A DNA stretch of 64,000 nucleotides from an uncultured Candidatus Melainabacteria bacterium (GCA_934692665.1 CAKUUG010000004.1:1915-65914), one strand, 5' to 3'; positions 30,601-41,535 are shown, numbered from the stretch's first letter. Translations and numbers: made by a program. The notes: a model not told the origin generated them from the letters alone.

Positions 30601-30933
30601 TTTGCAAAAACAGAAAGAGAAAGCGGCTCCGGTATAATTGAAGCAGCAGAAAAAGCAATCACAATACGATTCAGAGCTGTAATGATGACAGTTTTGGCGT
30701 TTATATTTGGTATTCTTCCTTTGGTTGTCGCAGTAGGCCCAGGTTCTGAATCAAGAAAATCACTGGGCGTAACCGTGTTCGGCGGCATGACAGCAGCTGC
30801 AATTATTGGTACAATAATGGTGCCTGCTTTTTATGTGATTATTCAGAGTCTTAGAGAATCGACTTCTAAAAAATGGAACAAAAAAAATAGTCAGGCTATA
30901 ATAAAAGAAGATGGAGGAAACGATAAAAAGTGA
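27601..30933 (+). CDS. RND efflux permease (AcrB/HAE-1 type)
   Basis: [17 protein letters not shown]-terminus and TM4 motif [29 protein letters not shown] precedes ATG 27601; the track start at 27568 lies inside the repeat element. Confidence 0.93.
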   Translation: MLDSKFFIDRPRFALVISIVIILVGVIAMTKLPLEQYPNVTPPQVRVSATYMGASSDVIESTVAAPIESAVNGVEHMLYMTSDSKDGSYSLNIYFEVGSDPNMNVVNVQNKVSLVTSRLPSDVSRYGLTVKQNTGGGGLLYYGIYSPDNSVDLITLSNYAAIYLKDELSRIDGVAEVQVFGGKDYSMRIWLDSQKLAALNVSPSEVSNAINAQNAQVSAGALGNEPIIDKKEMAITLRTPGRLKTVEEFENVIVRSGVNGQAIKVKDVARVELAGENYVTEGKVDNSAVAVMSVTQLSYANSIAVADACNKRMEKLSQNFPEGIEYSVFYNATDSVKDSLEEVVKAIVLAVFIVVATVYLFLGDWRASVIPFVAIPVSLIGTFAAFAAFGFSINTLTLFGLVLAVGTVVDDAIVVVENVQRHIELGLKPKEAAIVSMEEVSGAVVATSLVLMAVFVPVAFIPGITGKMYQQFAITIAVSVGISTVMALTLAPALCAIFLRSKEDMPQRSFYEKYRELYNHYWEDKKELKGIELIKAWGEFLAYGWDVSLKKFDRWFERTKMSFIDGAKYFIETPKRTIITYIILVLMLVGIFKIIPSGFLPEEDNGSVFTSVLLKDGTSLSKTGELTEELTNEFLKIPGIKSVLALGGFNGQNSAILISNLDEWKTRVSVPWYKYIFLSKEKKQASHKSLQDIKQSANQLAANYPNARIYTFVPPAISGLSMFGGFEYQLLDKASRTPEELYSLASTLIRTANQNPKLTSVMTQYNPQTPQLMLKIDYAKIMALGINVQDVYTALASQFGTYYVNDFNLYGRVFRVMMSADEQYRSAIDSIDKVYVKTGDGKSAPLSSLITIEPTTGAYDITRFNMYRSIQIQGNPVAGQSSGDALKTMEKLSKENLPKDADFAWSGTSLQEIQSQGQTGIVLVMSLVFVYLFLVALYESWMLPVGVMLIAPIAMLGAVLFQYVFAIFPLWSQLSLDLYAQIGLIMLIGLAAKQAILIVEFAKTERESGSGIIEAAEKAITIRFRAVMMTVLAFIFGILPLVVAVGPGSESRKSLGVTVFGGMTAAAIIGTIMVPAFYVIIQSLRESTSKKWNKKNSQAIIKEDGGNDKK

Positions 30934-32480
30934 ATAAAACAATAAAAACTTTATTTTTGTTATTATGCTTTTTGTCTTCTTTTAATGTTGTTTTTTCTCA
31001 AGAAGATTTGAGTAACGACACAGCTTCTCGCCAACAATTGGACAAAGGTTTGAAAATTTTCAAAAAAGACAAACCGAAAAGAACAAGAGTAAAAGCTGAA
31101 AAACCAAAAAAACAATACAAAATAACGAAAAAAGTTCAAGAAGAATATAAAATCCCGACAGATGTTTATATGCCTGTAGGTGAAAAATCAGATAAATTGA
31201 TAAAATTAGAAGGAAGTGTCGCAAAGTCTGTTGAACTAAACATGGCAGATTGTATAGAGTTGGCTTTGATTAACAATCCAAAAATCCGCTCTGCTTATGC
31301 CCAATCAGAACAAGCAAAATACCAAAAATTTGAAACTCTTGCAGGTTATACCCCTAGACTCGATTGGACAAGTTCAATGAACCATAGTATGCCTGATTTG
31401 AGTATGATTAAGAATATGAAAGGTGCAGCATATAACAAATACACCCTTGGGCAAATCGGCGTAAAACAACTTGTTTGGGATTTCGGTTATACTCAAAACA
31501 AATACACAATTAACAAAATTGACTATGAAAAATCAAAAACTCAAATAGATAAAACGGTAAACGAAGTTTTGTGTGCCGTAAAAGATGCATATTACAATCT
31601 TTTGTATGCTTTTGATAAAAGAAAAGTTGCAATGGATACGCTAAACCAATATGAACAAACATACAATCAAGCACTTGCTTTTTGGGAAGTAGGTACAAAA
31701 ACAAAAGTTGACGTATTGTTTGCACAAACAAATATGGAAGATGCCAGAAGCCAGTTGATTTCTGCAAATAATAATGTCGATATTGCATATTCTCAGCTTA
31801 ATAATGCAATAGGCTTGCCGTTTTCTGATCCTTATACAGTAGATACATCGCTGAAATATGAACCTGTTAAAATTTCAATGAAAGAAGCTGTAGAAATCGC
31901 AAACGAGTCCAGACCTGATTTAAAAAGTGCAATGCTCAATGTCGATGAAGCAAACCAAATGGTAAAATTGGCGTGGAAAACGTGGCTTCCGAGTTTGGAA
32001 TTTCAGGCTAGTTATGCTCGTGGCGGTGTAGATAGTTTTACTGCAAGAGAATGGTGGAGTTATGGCGGATATTTGACGTTTCCTACTGTAAATCCTGTCC
32101 AAACAGGCTTCCAAATCAAAGAAGCAAAAGCAGCCTACAAACAAATGCAGTATGATACAAAAGCCCAAATTAACGATATTTATTATGAAATTCAAACAGT
32201 CTATACCAGATTAAAAGATGCAAAAGCAAGAATTCCTGTAATGAAAGTTGCAATGGACAAAGCACAAGAAAACTATGACATTACATCAGGAAGATACAAA
32301 GTAGGTTATGGCGATGTAATCGAACTAAAAGATGCACAAGTTGCACTTGCTAATGCGAAATTGAACTATTTTCAAACAATATATGACTACAATTCAGCAA
32401 GAGCAAATTTAGAAAAAGCAATAGGACAAACTCTCAAACCTGAAACTTCAGAAGCTGTTGAAAATTTTCAAGAATTGTAA
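30930..32480 (+). CDS. TolC-family outer membrane efflux protein
   Basis: Signal peptide and duplicated OEP repeats ([32 protein letters not shown]). 4-nt overlap with the pump gene. Confidence 0.88.
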   Translation: MNKTIKTLFLLLCFLSSFNVVFSQEDLSNDTASRQQLDKGLKIFKKDKPKRTRVKAEKPKKQYKITKKVQEEYKIPTDVYMPVGEKSDKLIKLEGSVAKSVELNMADCIELALINNPKIRSAYAQSEQAKYQKFETLAGYTPRLDWTSSMNHSMPDLSMIKNMKGAAYNKYTLGQIGVKQLVWDFGYTQNKYTINKIDYEKSKTQIDKTVNEVLCAVKDAYYNLLYAFDKRKVAMDTLNQYEQTYNQALAFWEVGTKTKVDVLFAQTNMEDARSQLISANNNVDIAYSQLNNAIGLPFSDPYTVDTSLKYEPVKISMKEAVEIANESRPDLKSAMLNVDEANQMVKLAWKTWLPSLEFQASYARGGVDSFTAREWWSYGGYLTFPTVNPVQTGFQIKEAKAAYKQMQYDTKAQINDIYYEIQTVYTRLKDAKARIPVMKVAMDKAQENYDITSGRYKVGYGDVIELKDAQVALANAKLNYFQTIYDYNSARANLEKAIGQTLKPETSEAVENFQEL

Positions 32481-32573
32481 GACTTTTTAAAATTTCTTTA
32501 TCTATTCTTAATAAACACAAACCAAAAATTGTGTTACTATAATAATAACAAATACAATCAAGAGGAGAAAAAG

Positions 32574-33695
32574 ATGAAGATTCCTATAATCAATTCAAAA
32601 AGACAATACGAAACAATCGCATCGGAAGCTGAAAAAGCTGTTTTGGAAGTTATGCGTAGCGGTTCTTACATTTTGGGCGTTAATAACAAAGAATTTGAAA
32701 AAGAAATGTGCGAATATTTGGATGTAAAACATTCTGTTGCGCTAAATTCAGGTACAGATGCTTTGCATTTGGCTTTGAGAGCACTTGATATAAAAGAAGG
32801 CGACGAAGTAATTTCAACAGCATTTACATTTGTTGCAACATCGGAATCAATCGGTATTGTTGGTGCAAAACCTGTTTTTGTTGATATTGACCCTGATACA
32901 TTCAATATTGATGCATCAAAAATCGAAGCTGCTATCACTCCAAAAACAAAAGCAATCATTCCTGTTCATTTGTATGGACAACCTTGTGATATGGATGTGA
33001 TTATGGATATTGCAAAACGCCACAATCTGTATGTTATAGAAGACGCTTGCCAAGCAATCGGTGCTGAATATAAAGGCAAAAAAGTAGGTACTATAGGCGA
33101 TGTTGGATGTTTTAGCTTCTATCCTACAAAAAACCTCGGTACAATGGGTGATGGCGGAATGCTTACGACAAATTCGGAATACATCAAAGACAGAGTTTTG
33201 GCTCTTAGAAACCATGGTGGTGCAGTTCGTTATCATCATGACGAAATCGGCGTTAACTCTCGTCTAGATGAAATTCAAGCTGCAATTTTAAGAGTTAAAT
33301 TGCCATATATCAACAAATGGAACAAATTAAGACGTGAACATGCTGCATATTATAACGAATTGTTCTCAAAATGTGATTTAATCCAAACTCCAAAAGAACT
33401 AGATGGAACATATTGTGTTTATCACCAATATACAGTAAAAGTTCCAAATCGTGATGAAGTTCACAAAAAATTGGCAGAAGCAGGAATTGGTGCAATGATT
33501 TATTATCCTATTCCTTTGCACTTGCAAAAAGTTCATGCAAAATACAATTTCAAAGAAGGAATGCTTCCTCATACAGAAAAAGACACGACTCTTGTGTTGA
33601 GCTTGCCTATGTTTGCGGAAATTACAAAAGAAGAACAGCAAACAGTTGCAAAAACATTAATTGAAATTGTTGAAAAAATGACTGCAAAAGTTTAA
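32574..33695 (+). CDS. DegT/DnrJ/EryC1/StrS family sugar aminotransferase
   Basis: NSGTDALHLALRAL, FSFYPTKNLGTMGDGG and SRLDEIQAAILRVKL. GAGGAG RBS precedes ATG 32574. Confidence 0.9.
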   Translation: MKIPIINSKRQYETIASEAEKAVLEVMRSGSYILGVNNKEFEKEMCEYLDVKHSVALNSGTDALHLALRALDIKEGDEVISTAFTFVATSESIGIVGAKPVFVDIDPDTFNIDASKIEAAITPKTKAIIPVHLYGQPCDMDVIMDIAKRHNLYVIEDACQAIGAEYKGKKVGTIGDVGCFSFYPTKNLGTMGDGGMLTTNSEYIKDRVLALRNHGGAVRYHHDEIGVNSRLDEIQAAILRVKLPYINKWNKLRREHAAYYNELFSKCDLIQTPKELDGTYCVYHQYTVKVPNRDEVHKKLAEAGIGAMIYYPIPLHLQKVHAKYNFKEGMLPHTEKDTTLVLSLPMFAEITKEEQQTVAKTLIEIVEKMTAKV

Positions 33696-33711
33696 ATATT
33701 TTTTCATTCGC

Positions 33712-33744
33712 AAAAAAGCCTGCAAAAAAATGCGGGCTTTTTTT
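33712..33744 (+). terminator. rho-independent terminator
   Basis: AAAAAAGCCTGCA-loop-TGCGGGCTTTTTT. Confidence 0.65.
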
Positions 33745-33824
33745 ATCCACAAAATAAACGATTTTATATAGCGTAATTTTTCATTTATATTATAATAATA
33801 GATATATTAAAGAGGAATTTAACA

Positions 33825-34439
33825 ATGTATGGTATAAACGAATACAAAATTTTAGACTATGTGCCAACAGTAATAGAAGCATCAAGCAGGGGCGAAAGGT
33901 CGTTCGACATCTTTTCAAGATTGTTGAGAGAAAGAATTATATTTTTGGGTTCTGAAATTGATGACGATGTTGCAAATTCGGTTGTTGCACAGTTGTTGCT
34001 TTTGGATTCGGAAAATCCTGAAAAAGATATCATGTTGTACATAAATTCTCCAGGGGGTGTTATTACAGCTGGTATGGCGATTTATGATACAATGAAACTT
34101 ATAAAAGCTGATGTTTCAACTATCTGCTTGGGTGATGCTGCTTCTATGGGAGCGTTTTTGTTGTCAGGTGGAACAAAAGGAAAACGTCTTGCATTACCAA
34201 ATTCCAGAATCATGATTCACCAACCATTGGGTGGAGCAAAAGGACAAGCAACCGATATCGAAATTGAAGCAAAAGAAATTTTGAGAATGAAATCTATGTT
34301 GAATGGGCTTCTTGCTGAACATACGGGACAAAAGCTTGAAACAATCAAAAAAGACACAGAAAGAGACAATTTCATGACTGCCCAAGAGGCTCTTGAATAT
34401 GGTTTGATAGACAAAATTATCACAAAAGACCAAGTGTAA
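33825..34439 (+). CDS. clpP: ATP-dependent Clp protease proteolytic subunit
   Basis: [37 protein letters not shown] and catalytic Ser context [11 protein letters not shown]. Confidence 0.97.
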   Translation: MYGINEYKILDYVPTVIEASSRGERSFDIFSRLLRERIIFLGSEIDDDVANSVVAQLLLLDSENPEKDIMLYINSPGGVITAGMAIYDTMKLIKADVSTICLGDAASMGAFLLSGGTKGKRLALPNSRIMIHQPLGGAKGQATDIEIEAKEILRMKSMLNGLLAEHTGQKLETIKKDTERDNFMTAQEALEYGLIDKIITKDQV

Positions 34440-34462
34440 AAGATTTAATATTGATATACGGA

Positions 34463-34498
34463 AAAACCTGCGAAATTTTTTGCAGGTTTTATTTTTTT
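34463..34498 (+). terminator. rho-independent terminator after clpP
   Basis: AAAACCTGC-loop-GCAGGTTTT followed by a T run. It is followed by TTGACA-17-TACAAT (34509-34537). Confidence 0.7.
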
Positions 34499-34576
34499 AA
34501 AAAGCATTTGACAAATAAAAAGAACTATTTTACAATTGTTTCTATCAATAGTAACAAAAAGGTCAAAAATTCACTT

Positions 34577-34852
34577 ATGAAAGAGATTTCAGCATTAATA
34601 CATTCTTTAAACAATGAAAAAGAAATTGAAAAATTTCTTTATGAAATTTTGACCGAGACAGAAATTTCTACTTTATCAAAACGATGGCGTATTTTGAAAT
34701 TATTAGCCCAAGAGACAACCCAACGTGAAATAGCAAACAAGCTCAATGTTAGCTTGTGCAAAGTCACCCGTGGTTCTAAAATTTTAAAAAACAAAAACGC
34801 AATCACAACAAAATTTTTGAATAAAGGAGAAAAAAATGGAAACCTTGAATAA
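34577..34852 (+). CDS. Trp-repressor-like (TrpR/YerC/YecD family) DNA-binding protein
   Basis: [47 protein letters not shown] resembles the TrpR helix-turn-helix (ITRGSNSLK). The start is placed at ATG 34577 because the track ORF start contains the clpP terminator and promoter. Confidence 0.75.
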   Translation: MKEISALIHSLNNEKEIEKFLYEILTETEISTLSKRWRILKLLAQETTQREIANKLNVSLCKVTRGSKILKNKNAITTKFLNKGEKNGNLE

Positions 34853-36029
34853 TATTTTACCTGACGAGAACGGATTTTTTGGCGAATTTGGCGGACAATT
34901 CGTAAATGACGAATTGAAAGAAGAATTTAAAAAAATAGAAAAAACATTTTTGTTTTTGAAAGATGACAAAAATTTCAATGATGAATTGAATTATTTGTTA
35001 AAAAATTATGTCGGACGACCAAGCCCTGTTTATTTTGCAAAAAATTTGTCCAAAAAATACGGAAACAAAATATTTTTAAAAAGAGAAGACTTAAATCACA
35101 CAGGTGCACACAAAATCAATCATGCATTGGGTGAGATTTTGCTTGCAAAAAAAATGGGTAAAACAAAAGTAATCGCAGAAACAGGTGCAGGTCAGCATGG
35201 TGTCGCAATCGCAACAGCGGCGGCTTTAATGAATTTGGAATGCGATATTTACATGGGCGAAATTGATATTAAAAAAGAAAAACCAAACGTCGATAGAATG
35301 AAAATTTTGGGTGCAAATGTAATTTGTGTTTCATCAGGCACTAAAGCATTAAAAGACGCTGTAGATAGTGCATTTGTTGCGTATTTGAAAGAATACAAAA
35401 GTGCAATTTATGCGATAGGTTCTGCTGTTGGGCCTCATCCGTATCCAATGATGGTTGAATATTTTCAATCTATTATTGGAAAAGAAGCAAAAAAACAATT
35501 TTTTGAACAAACAAACAAAAATCCGGATTTTGTAGTTGCTTGTGTTGGTGGCGGCTCTAATGCTATCGGATTATTTAGCGGATTTTTGAATGAAAAAGAT
35601 GTAAATATTATTGGTGTAGAGCCTTTGGGAAAGGGTTCTAAAATAGGTCAAAATGCCGCAAGCATTACTTTTGGAACAACGGGGATAATCCATGGTTTTA
35701 GATGTAATTTGCTTCAAAATGAAAAAGGTGAAATCCAAGACGCATACAGTATCGCAAGTGGGTTGGACTATCCGGGGGTAGGTCCAAAGCATTGTTATTT
35801 AAATAAAATTGGAAGAGTAAAATATGATACGATAGATGATAAAGAAGCAGTTGAAGCGTTTTATGAATTGTCATCTTTAGAAGGTATTATTCCTGCTCTA
35901 GAAAGTTCTCATGCTGTTGCTTATGCTATAAAAATGTCAAAGAATATGAAAAACAAAAATATTTTAGTAAATCTTTCAGGCAGAGGCGACAAAGATATTG
36001 AATTTGTTTTAAATAATTACAAAAAATAA
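34836..36029 (+). CDS. trpB: tryptophan synthase beta chain
   Basis: [23 protein letters not shown] and GGGSNAIG motifs; 397 aa. Confidence 0.95.
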   Translation: METLNNILPDENGFFGEFGGQFVNDELKEEFKKIEKTFLFLKDDKNFNDELNYLLKNYVGRPSPVYFAKNLSKKYGNKIFLKREDLNHTGAHKINHALGEILLAKKMGKTKVIAETGAGQHGVAIATAAALMNLECDIYMGEIDIKKEKPNVDRMKILGANVICVSSGTKALKDAVDSAFVAYLKEYKSAIYAIGSAVGPHPYPMMVEYFQSIIGKEAKKQFFEQTNKNPDFVVACVGGGSNAIGLFSGFLNEKDVNIIGVEPLGKGSKIGQNAASITFGTTGIIHGFRCNLLQNEKGEIQDAYSIASGLDYPGVGPKHCYLNKIGRVKYDTIDDKEAVEAFYELSSLEGIIPALESSHAVAYAIKMSKNMKNKNILVNLSGRGDKDIEFVLNNYKK

Positions 36030-36066
36030 CACATCAAAATTAATTCCTTTTTATTATTTATGTCAT

Positions 36067-36094
36067 AAAAAACCCCTGAACTTTTTCAGGGGTT
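36067..36094. terminator. hairpin terminator between convergent trpB and the GH57 branching enzyme gene
   Basis: CCCCTGAA-CTTT-TTCAGGGG flanked by an A run. The T run reads on the minus strand. Confidence 0.65.
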
Positions 36095-36113
36095 AAAGTT
36101 ATATTTAATTTTG

Positions 36114-37883
36114 TTATTTTATTGCACCAAGTGCTTTAAATTCGTTTATTCTTTTTTCGCCATATAATGGAACAAGACGTTTTTCTTGTTGAGGTATCAA
36201 ACCTTCATCGATAGGCAAATAAACTCTATAATCAATGTCTGCAAAGCAGTTGTCTATTGATTCAATTTCAGACAATTTCTTTTCGTCGATTGAATTGTTT
36301 TCTATCATATCTGCTATTGTTTCAAAGCGAGCAACGTGTTCTCTGAATCTGTCTGTTGCATAGTCTTTTGCTTGCCATGTTGTAATCAAGAACGGCCAAT
36401 CAGAACTTTGCAACAACAATTCTTCTCTTGCAAGTTGGTTTAAAGCACGTTTCAACAGATTGTCCGATGGAACATCTTCGTATTTTGAAACGATATCAAT
36501 TATACGTTTTTCTGTTGCATGAATAATAGGCCACATCCATTCTGTCAAGTGGTTTTGCCATACCCAGAAATGTCCACCTTGTCCCCAAGATGATTCAGGA
36601 ATTTGAATAGCCTCTGTTGGCGGATGAGCTGCCAAATATTCTCCGGCTGTCATCATTTCTACTTCCGGAACATATTTGTTTAATTTTTTAATTACTTGTT
36701 TAATAAATTCGATACCTTCAAACCACCAGTGTCCGTACAATTCTGTATCAAATGACACCATTACAAGACCTTCTTTGCCATTGTGAGAATTTTTGTAATC
36801 ATTCAACAAATGGTAAATAAGATTTGTGTAGTGATCAGAGTTTGAATTAACTTGGTTCATTGCGAGAACTGGGTCGTAGAGCATTTTGTCGCCTAGGTCA
36901 GTAGTAGAGGAAGTAATTCTCCAGTAGTGCATACCGGAATTGCAGTCTTTTCTGTGAAATTCTCTATATACACCATCTCCTGGGTATCCATCTGCTGCTG
37001 ACCAAACTTGAAATCCTGCTCTATCGTTTCTACCCATCACGGCAACTTGTGCATCAGGTAACCAATAAGCACTATAAGTGTCATATCCGGTTGCCTCTCT
37101 TTTTGGTAATGGTATATACTCAATATTTCCGTAAACTCCGATATTTCTACGGTTTCCGATAGAGTTTCCACCTTCTATTACGTGTGATTCGGTGAAAAAG
37201 TATTCTATGTCATTATTCTGTAGTGTTACTTCTATAGCAGGACGCCATTTTTTCTTTCCGTCTTTTCCTGTGTATTCGTAACCTTGTCTGTATGCACATT
37301 CAGGAAGCCAGCACCCTTTTGCTTTTTTGCCAAAAAGTTTTTTTGTTGTGTCTGAACCTACTTTGAATTGTGCATTTAAGTTTGTATCTGTTGCAAGAAG
37401 TGGTGAAAAACCGTGAGTTGCACCTGATGTTGTAATTTCTATGCAACCCAAGTCTTGCATCCTTTTGAATCCTGCAATCAAATCTTTGTTAAATTTGTTG
37501 ATAAATAAATCTTTTATTCTGTTATACCAGTCAAAATAATACTTTGCCAAGTATTTCAAATGTTGACTGTGTGCGACTTCTGGGTCAGGATATCTTTCCA
37601 AATCCTCAGAAACAGCTTTTATACGTGAATCAAGATAGTCAATAAAACCTTGTTTCAAATGTTCGTCATTAAGTTGTTCTGCCAAAATCGGAGTAATCCC
37701 AACGGTTAATTTTGCTTTGATGCCTTCGTCGTATAATTCAGAAATCATGTTTAATAATGGAACATAAGTTTCTTCCATACATTCATACAAGCACTCTTCC
37801 CCAAATGGCCACATTCCTGCCATTCTATAATATGGAAGGTGCGAGTGCAACATAAAAACAAATTGCCCTACTTTTTGTGTCAT
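36114..37883 (-). CDS. GH57-family 1,4-alpha-glucan branching enzyme-like protein
   Basis: FVFMLHSHLPYY N-terminus, FDTELYGHWWFEG and a C-terminal helical domain, as in GH57 branching enzymes (DUF1957 type). Confidence 0.8.
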   Translation of the reverse strand: MTQKVGQFVFMLHSHLPYYRMAGMWPFGEECLYECMEETYVPLLNMISELYDEGIKAKLTVGITPILAEQLNDEHLKQGFIDYLDSRIKAVSEDLERYPDPEVAHSQHLKYLAKYYFDWYNRIKDLFINKFNKDLIAGFKRMQDLGCIEITTSGATHGFSPLLATDTNLNAQFKVGSDTTKKLFGKKAKGCWLPECAYRQGYEYTGKDGKKKWRPAIEVTLQNNDIEYFFTESHVIEGGNSIGNRRNIGVYGNIEYIPLPKREATGYDTYSAYWLPDAQVAVMGRNDRAGFQVWSAADGYPGDGVYREFHRKDCNSGMHYWRITSSTTDLGDKMLYDPVLAMNQVNSNSDHYTNLIYHLLNDYKNSHNGKEGLVMVSFDTELYGHWWFEGIEFIKQVIKKLNKYVPEVEMMTAGEYLAAHPPTEAIQIPESSWGQGGHFWVWQNHLTEWMWPIIHATEKRIIDIVSKYEDVPSDNLLKRALNQLAREELLLQSSDWPFLITTWQAKDYATDRFREHVARFETIADMIENNSIDEKKLSEIESIDNCFADIDYRVYLPIDEGLIPQQEKRLVPLYGEKRINEFKALGAIK

Positions 37884-38157
37884 AATTTTATAAGCCTCCG
37901 ATTTTTTAATTTATATTATATTTATATCACAAATTATAATAAAAAATAATCATTTAGAATTAGTACATGAGAATAAATTTACTAAAATTAATATAAGTAT
38001 AAAGAAGTACTATTTTAGTGCATTGTGCGAATGTTATTTTTTAATTAAATTATTTTTTAAAAAATAGCAAAAAAAATTCTTTACAGTTTTTGTACAACAA
38101 AATAGTGTTGTTTTTTAATAAAAAAAATGCTATCATCTATCAAAACGAGGAAAAAAT

Positions 38158-38475
38158 ATGGTAGATAACAGAGGTATCACTTCAATTTCTGGAATGTTTA
38201 AAGCTGACAATGCTTCTGCAAACAAAATGTCAGATGAAAAGCAAGGTCAAGGCGGAGAATATTTCGCACAAGAGATGCCTGAAGAAGAAGATCAAATTCA
38301 ACAAACACCATACCAAGACCGCTCTGCACAATTGAGGGCGTCATTGGATAGTCTTGCAATGATGAATGCCGGTTCTATAAATTTTAAACACATTAAATAC
38401 AACAAAAAAACAAAAGAAGAAAAAGAGCAAAAAGATTCTGAAGAAGAAATAGAAGAATCAGTTTTTGATGAATAA
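38158..38475 (+). CDS. hypothetical acidic protein (105 aa)
   Basis: GAGGA RBS. Low-complexity E/K-rich C-terminus. No family recognised. Confidence 0.5.
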   Translation: MVDNRGITSISGMFKADNASANKMSDEKQGQGGEYFAQEMPEEEDQIQQTPYQDRSAQLRASLDSLAMMNAGSINFKHIKYNKKTKEEKEQKDSEEEIEESVFDE

Positions 38476-38492
38476 AATAACAAACAAAAAAT

Positions 38493-38527
38493 AAAAAAGA
38501 GATTAGTAAATTCTAATCTCTTTTTTT
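38493..38527. terminator. bidirectional terminator
   Basis: GAGATTAG-TAAATT-CTAATCTC flanked by A and T runs. Confidence 0.7.
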
Positions 38528-38543
38528 AATGTAAAATTTGTGA

Positions 38544-39788
38544 TTAATCATTTTTGTTTGCGTCGATTTTTGTTCCATCCGCCAATTTTTTGTAAACCAT
38601 ATTGCCATCGACATCATAGTGAATTTCTGTGCCGTCAGGATAAATTTCGTCTCTCAAATTGCCGTTCATGTTGTAGTGTTTTGTGACTCTTTTTTCTGTT
38701 ATTTCGTAGGTTACTCTACCTTTGTTATCAAAATGCTTTTCAGAAGCATCTGTATATATGTCGGTCAATTTTCCTGCTTCGTTGTAGAATTCTTTGACTC
38801 CGTCAGGAAATTCTATCATTGTCAAATTGTTTGTTTTCTTGTCATAGCGTTTTATTATGCCATCTGCTGTAATTTCATTTAACAAATTTCCATTGGCATA
38901 GTATGTTCTTGATGAGCCATCAGGAAATTCGATACCAGTTAGTCTTCCGTCTTTTCCGTATGAAAGTCTGGGTTTGTCTAAATGTTCATGACGCATTTGT
39001 TTTGTTTCTTTAATGATTTCACCATCTTTGTCATAGAATTTTTCTGTACCACAAGGAAGGACTTTGCGACGCAATCCTCCGGCTTCATTGTAGTATTTTT
39101 TAGTTCCATCGTGAAATTCTTCCATTACTAGTTTGCCTGTTGTTTCATCGTAACGTTTTGTTGTTCCGTCAACGAAAAGCTCACTTGCGATTTTACCGTT
39201 TTCGTGGAATATTTTTAATGTTCCATCAGGAGTTCCCAAAGAAGATAACTTGCCATTTGGTCGATATGTAAATCTGGTTTCACCGGAAGAAATGTCATAG
39301 ATGCCACTGTTTTCTACTTTATACATTTTGCCGTTTCTAATAGAATATTCTTTTGCAAAATTCTTCGAGCCACTTCTTTCGCTTGATTGCAAAACGCCTT
39401 TTTCATATACCAAACTTATATCATCACCGTCTTTTAGAGCACCTTTTACTTCGCCTGAAAAAGGTTTTCCGTTTGGATAAGTGCAAACACCTTTTTTGAT
39501 TTGGACATCACCCAAAGATGCTTTGTTGACAAATGTATTGACAGCTTTTTGCGAAGCTTCCAAATCTACTGAAGGCAATTTTGTACTAGGTGTAGTTTTG
39601 ACAAAACTATTAGAAAAAACGTTTCTTATTGCATCAAAAAGACCTATTTTCTTTGATGCAAAGCTCAAATTGTTGCTGTTGTTTACATATTGAGCTTCTT
39701 TTGGTACAGATTGATTGTTATTTTTTGCTTTTGCTGTTTGATAAGAATAATTTGAAAAATTGTTGACGGCATGAATCATAATAAACAC
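38544..39788 (-). CDS. beta-hairpin repeat protein (YD-repeat / MORN-variant-like)
   Basis: 414 aa. At least 10 repeats of about 19-20 aa, e.g. DGTTKRYDETTGKLVMEEF, HDGTKKYYNEAGGLRRKVL, CGTEKFYDKDGEIIKE, PDGVKEFYNEAGKLTDIY. Confidence 0.7.
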   Translation of the reverse strand: MFIMIHAVNNFSNYSYQTAKAKNNNQSVPKEAQYVNNSNNLSFASKKIGLFDAIRNVFSNSFVKTTPSTKLPSVDLEASQKAVNTFVNKASLGDVQIKKGVCTYPNGKPFSGEVKGALKDGDDISLVYEKGVLQSSERSGSKNFAKEYSIRNGKMYKVENSGIYDISSGETRFTYRPNGKLSSLGTPDGTLKIFHENGKIASELFVDGTTKRYDETTGKLVMEEFHDGTKKYYNEAGGLRRKVLPCGTEKFYDKDGEIIKETKQMRHEHLDKPRLSYGKDGRLTGIEFPDGSSRTYYANGNLLNEITADGIIKRYDKKTNNLTMIEFPDGVKEFYNEAGKLTDIYTDASEKHFDNKGRVTYEITEKRVTKHYNMNGNLRDEIYPDGTEIHYDVDGNMVYKKLADGTKIDANKND

Positions 39789-39863
39789 TTTCCTTTCTTT
39801 TCATTTTTTACAAGTACGGTAGATGTTTAATTTTGATATCTTTTTATACAATTTTTACAAAAG

Positions 39864-40436
39864 TTAATAATTCTTACTTTTTTTCAGATATTTTTTGTAT
39901 AAATCTATGTAAAATTCTTTGCTGAAGAAATACCCGATTTGTTTAAATGGGATTGGAATTTTTTTGGTTACAAAATTAAAGAAAAGAAAAATTATGTATG
40001 AAGGAAGTATTGTAAGTGCAATATCCATCCCACCCGCTTCATCTGCATCATAATTTAATTTAAACGTATGCAGATTCAAATAAGAAAAATAATAATAAGC
40101 ATAACTTATTAATAACAAACACAAAAAGCTCTTCCAAAATTTAAGTTTGGAAAAATACTTAAGTATCCCACATAATTTTGCAATAACATAAGTATTAAAC
40201 ACAAAACAAACAATGCCAAATATTATAAAAGCAAATATATCTATTCCATTACCTGTAGGTTCAGGATTCAAAAAAGCATCAATTTTAGAAAAACAATTTA
40301 CGGCAACTCCCATTATAGGACCTGTAATGTATTCAAATATAAACAGTGCAAGCTCTCTCATCACAACAAGAAAAATTAAAGAACGAATTATTCCTTCTAA
40401 TAAAATTTTTTGTTTGTCTGTTAAATTTAGTTCCAT
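39864..40436 (-). CDS. multi-TM membrane protein, immunity-like (copy A)
   Basis: 190 aa with 4-5 hydrophobic helices. Its ATG lies inside the last 10 nt of the upstream toxin-like ORF. About 83 percent identical (hand alignment) to the 189-aa copy at 41552-42121. Confidence 0.75.
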   Translation of the reverse strand: MELNLTDKQKILLEGIIRSLIFLVVMRELALFIFEYITGPIMGVAVNCFSKIDAFLNPEPTGNGIDIFAFIIFGIVCFVFNTYVIAKLCGILKYFSKLKFWKSFLCLLLISYAYYYFSYLNLHTFKLNYDADEAGGMDIALTILPSYIIFLFFNFVTKKIPIPFKQIGYFFSKEFYIDLYKKYLKKSKNY

Positions 40437-40452
40437 ATTTCATCCAATATAT
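39864..40452 (-). repeat. left arm of ~590-bp inverted duplication
   Basis: The first 83 nt and last ~125 nt of the coding region are identical to the right arm, plus 16 nt upstream (ATATATTGGATGAAAT). Confidence 0.85.
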
Positions 40453-41377
40453 CTTTTGGTATTATTATATCATGGATTGTGAAAAATGGTTTTAGAACAC
40501 CTTTTTCCATTTGGCTAGCTCCGGCTCTAATCAATTTGCTTTTTTCATTTTTATTAAAATCATAAGTATCATACATTTTGATATGCAGGTTACCTTTTTC
40601 ATCCAGAAAAATATTTCTAAAATCAGCTTTTCCTATTGCATTGTGAAAATTATTTTTTAGACCAAGTCCCATTTTGTTGTGTTCCGGAAATCCGGCTGAA
40701 AATTCTCCTTTTTGTAAAATTTCTTGTTTGTGACTTTTAACCATATTCAAAAAATCTTCGTTTTGGATTAGTCTTTTGACCGGTTCTGAATTTGGTTTGA
40801 AATAATAACCTTTGATTTTATTTATATCAAAATTGTAATCTTTAAATTGTTGGGATATTTTTTCTTTTAAATATTTTTTTTCAGATTCCACTTTTGAATC
40901 ATTGTAATTGTCTAATGAAATTGTGTCTTTAATATAATTTCTATCTTTCATATCAATACCATGAGCCAAATCTAACATACCTGCCCCATCAAGTCCTGCA
41001 ATTACTTTAGCAAACAAATCTAAATGTTCATAATTTTTCCCGATAATTGATTCTATTCTTTCTTGAGTTACGTATTTTTTTCCTAATTTTTTAATCTTTT
41101 CTTTTGCAAGTTTTTTAAGCTCATCTATTGGAGCATACAAAACCTTCGCCGGAGTCGTTACATCTTTTAGGATATTCAAAAGATGGCTTCTGTATTCTTC
41201 TTTAGATTTTACTTTTTTAGATAATTTGCCATATAAAATATCTGCAGGTGATTGTTTTGTTTCAGTTTTTTCAATTCTACCCTTCAAAACACCTTCGCTA
41301 TCGGTGTTGCTTTCTCCATCACTAAATGTAAATCTTCCTATTCTGTCACGTGGATGTTTACTTTCGTCCCAAGTCAT
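40427..41377 (-). CDS. toxin-like hypothetical protein with N-terminal WDESKHPRDRIGRF motif
   Basis: AGGAGG RBS 7 nt upstream of ATG 41377 (MTWDESKHPRDRIGRFTF...), so the track start at 41401 is less likely. No signal peptide, no Cys. C-terminal ~200 aa unrecognised. Confidence 0.7.
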   Translation of the reverse strand: MTWDESKHPRDRIGRFTFSDGESNTDSEGVLKGRIEKTETKQSPADILYGKLSKKVKSKEEYRSHLLNILKDVTTPAKVLYAPIDELKKLAKEKIKKLGKKYVTQERIESIIGKNYEHLDLFAKVIAGLDGAGMLDLAHGIDMKDRNYIKDTISLDNYNDSKVESEKKYLKEKISQQFKDYNFDINKIKGYYFKPNSEPVKRLIQNEDFLNMVKSHKQEILQKGEFSAGFPEHNKMGLGLKNNFHNAIGKADFRNIFLDEKGNLHIKMYDTYDFNKNEKSKLIRAGASQMEKGVLKPFFTIHDIIIPKDILDEIWN

Positions 41378-41535
41378 ATTTTTTCCTCCTTCTAGGTACA
41401 TTTTAATTATGAACTATTTTTTTAAAAAACGCATCAAAATAGCCAAAACTCTGGACTGTAGTCCAAAATATCAGGAGTCTGGATTGATAAATTGCAAAAA
41501 TATGTTATAATCAGCAAAAAGATGAAAAACAGTGA

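Noticed and set aside
26295-32480. RND operon as a heavy-metal (HME) efflux system belonging with the csoR locus
   Set aside because: The TM4 motif is DDAIVVVEN (HAE-1/AcrB type), not the DFG-DGA-VEN of CzcA/CusA. The operon is separated from csoR by a terminator, a convergent small ORF and its own promoter.
34451-34576. N-terminal extension of the TrpR-like ORF
   Set aside because: The extension contains the clpP terminator hairpin and a consensus promoter, so translation must start downstream at 34577.
40213-40482. 89-aa plus-strand ORF
   Set aside because: It is antisense shadow of the membrane-protein gene. Its similarity to ORF 41434-41784 merely reflects the inverted DNA duplication.
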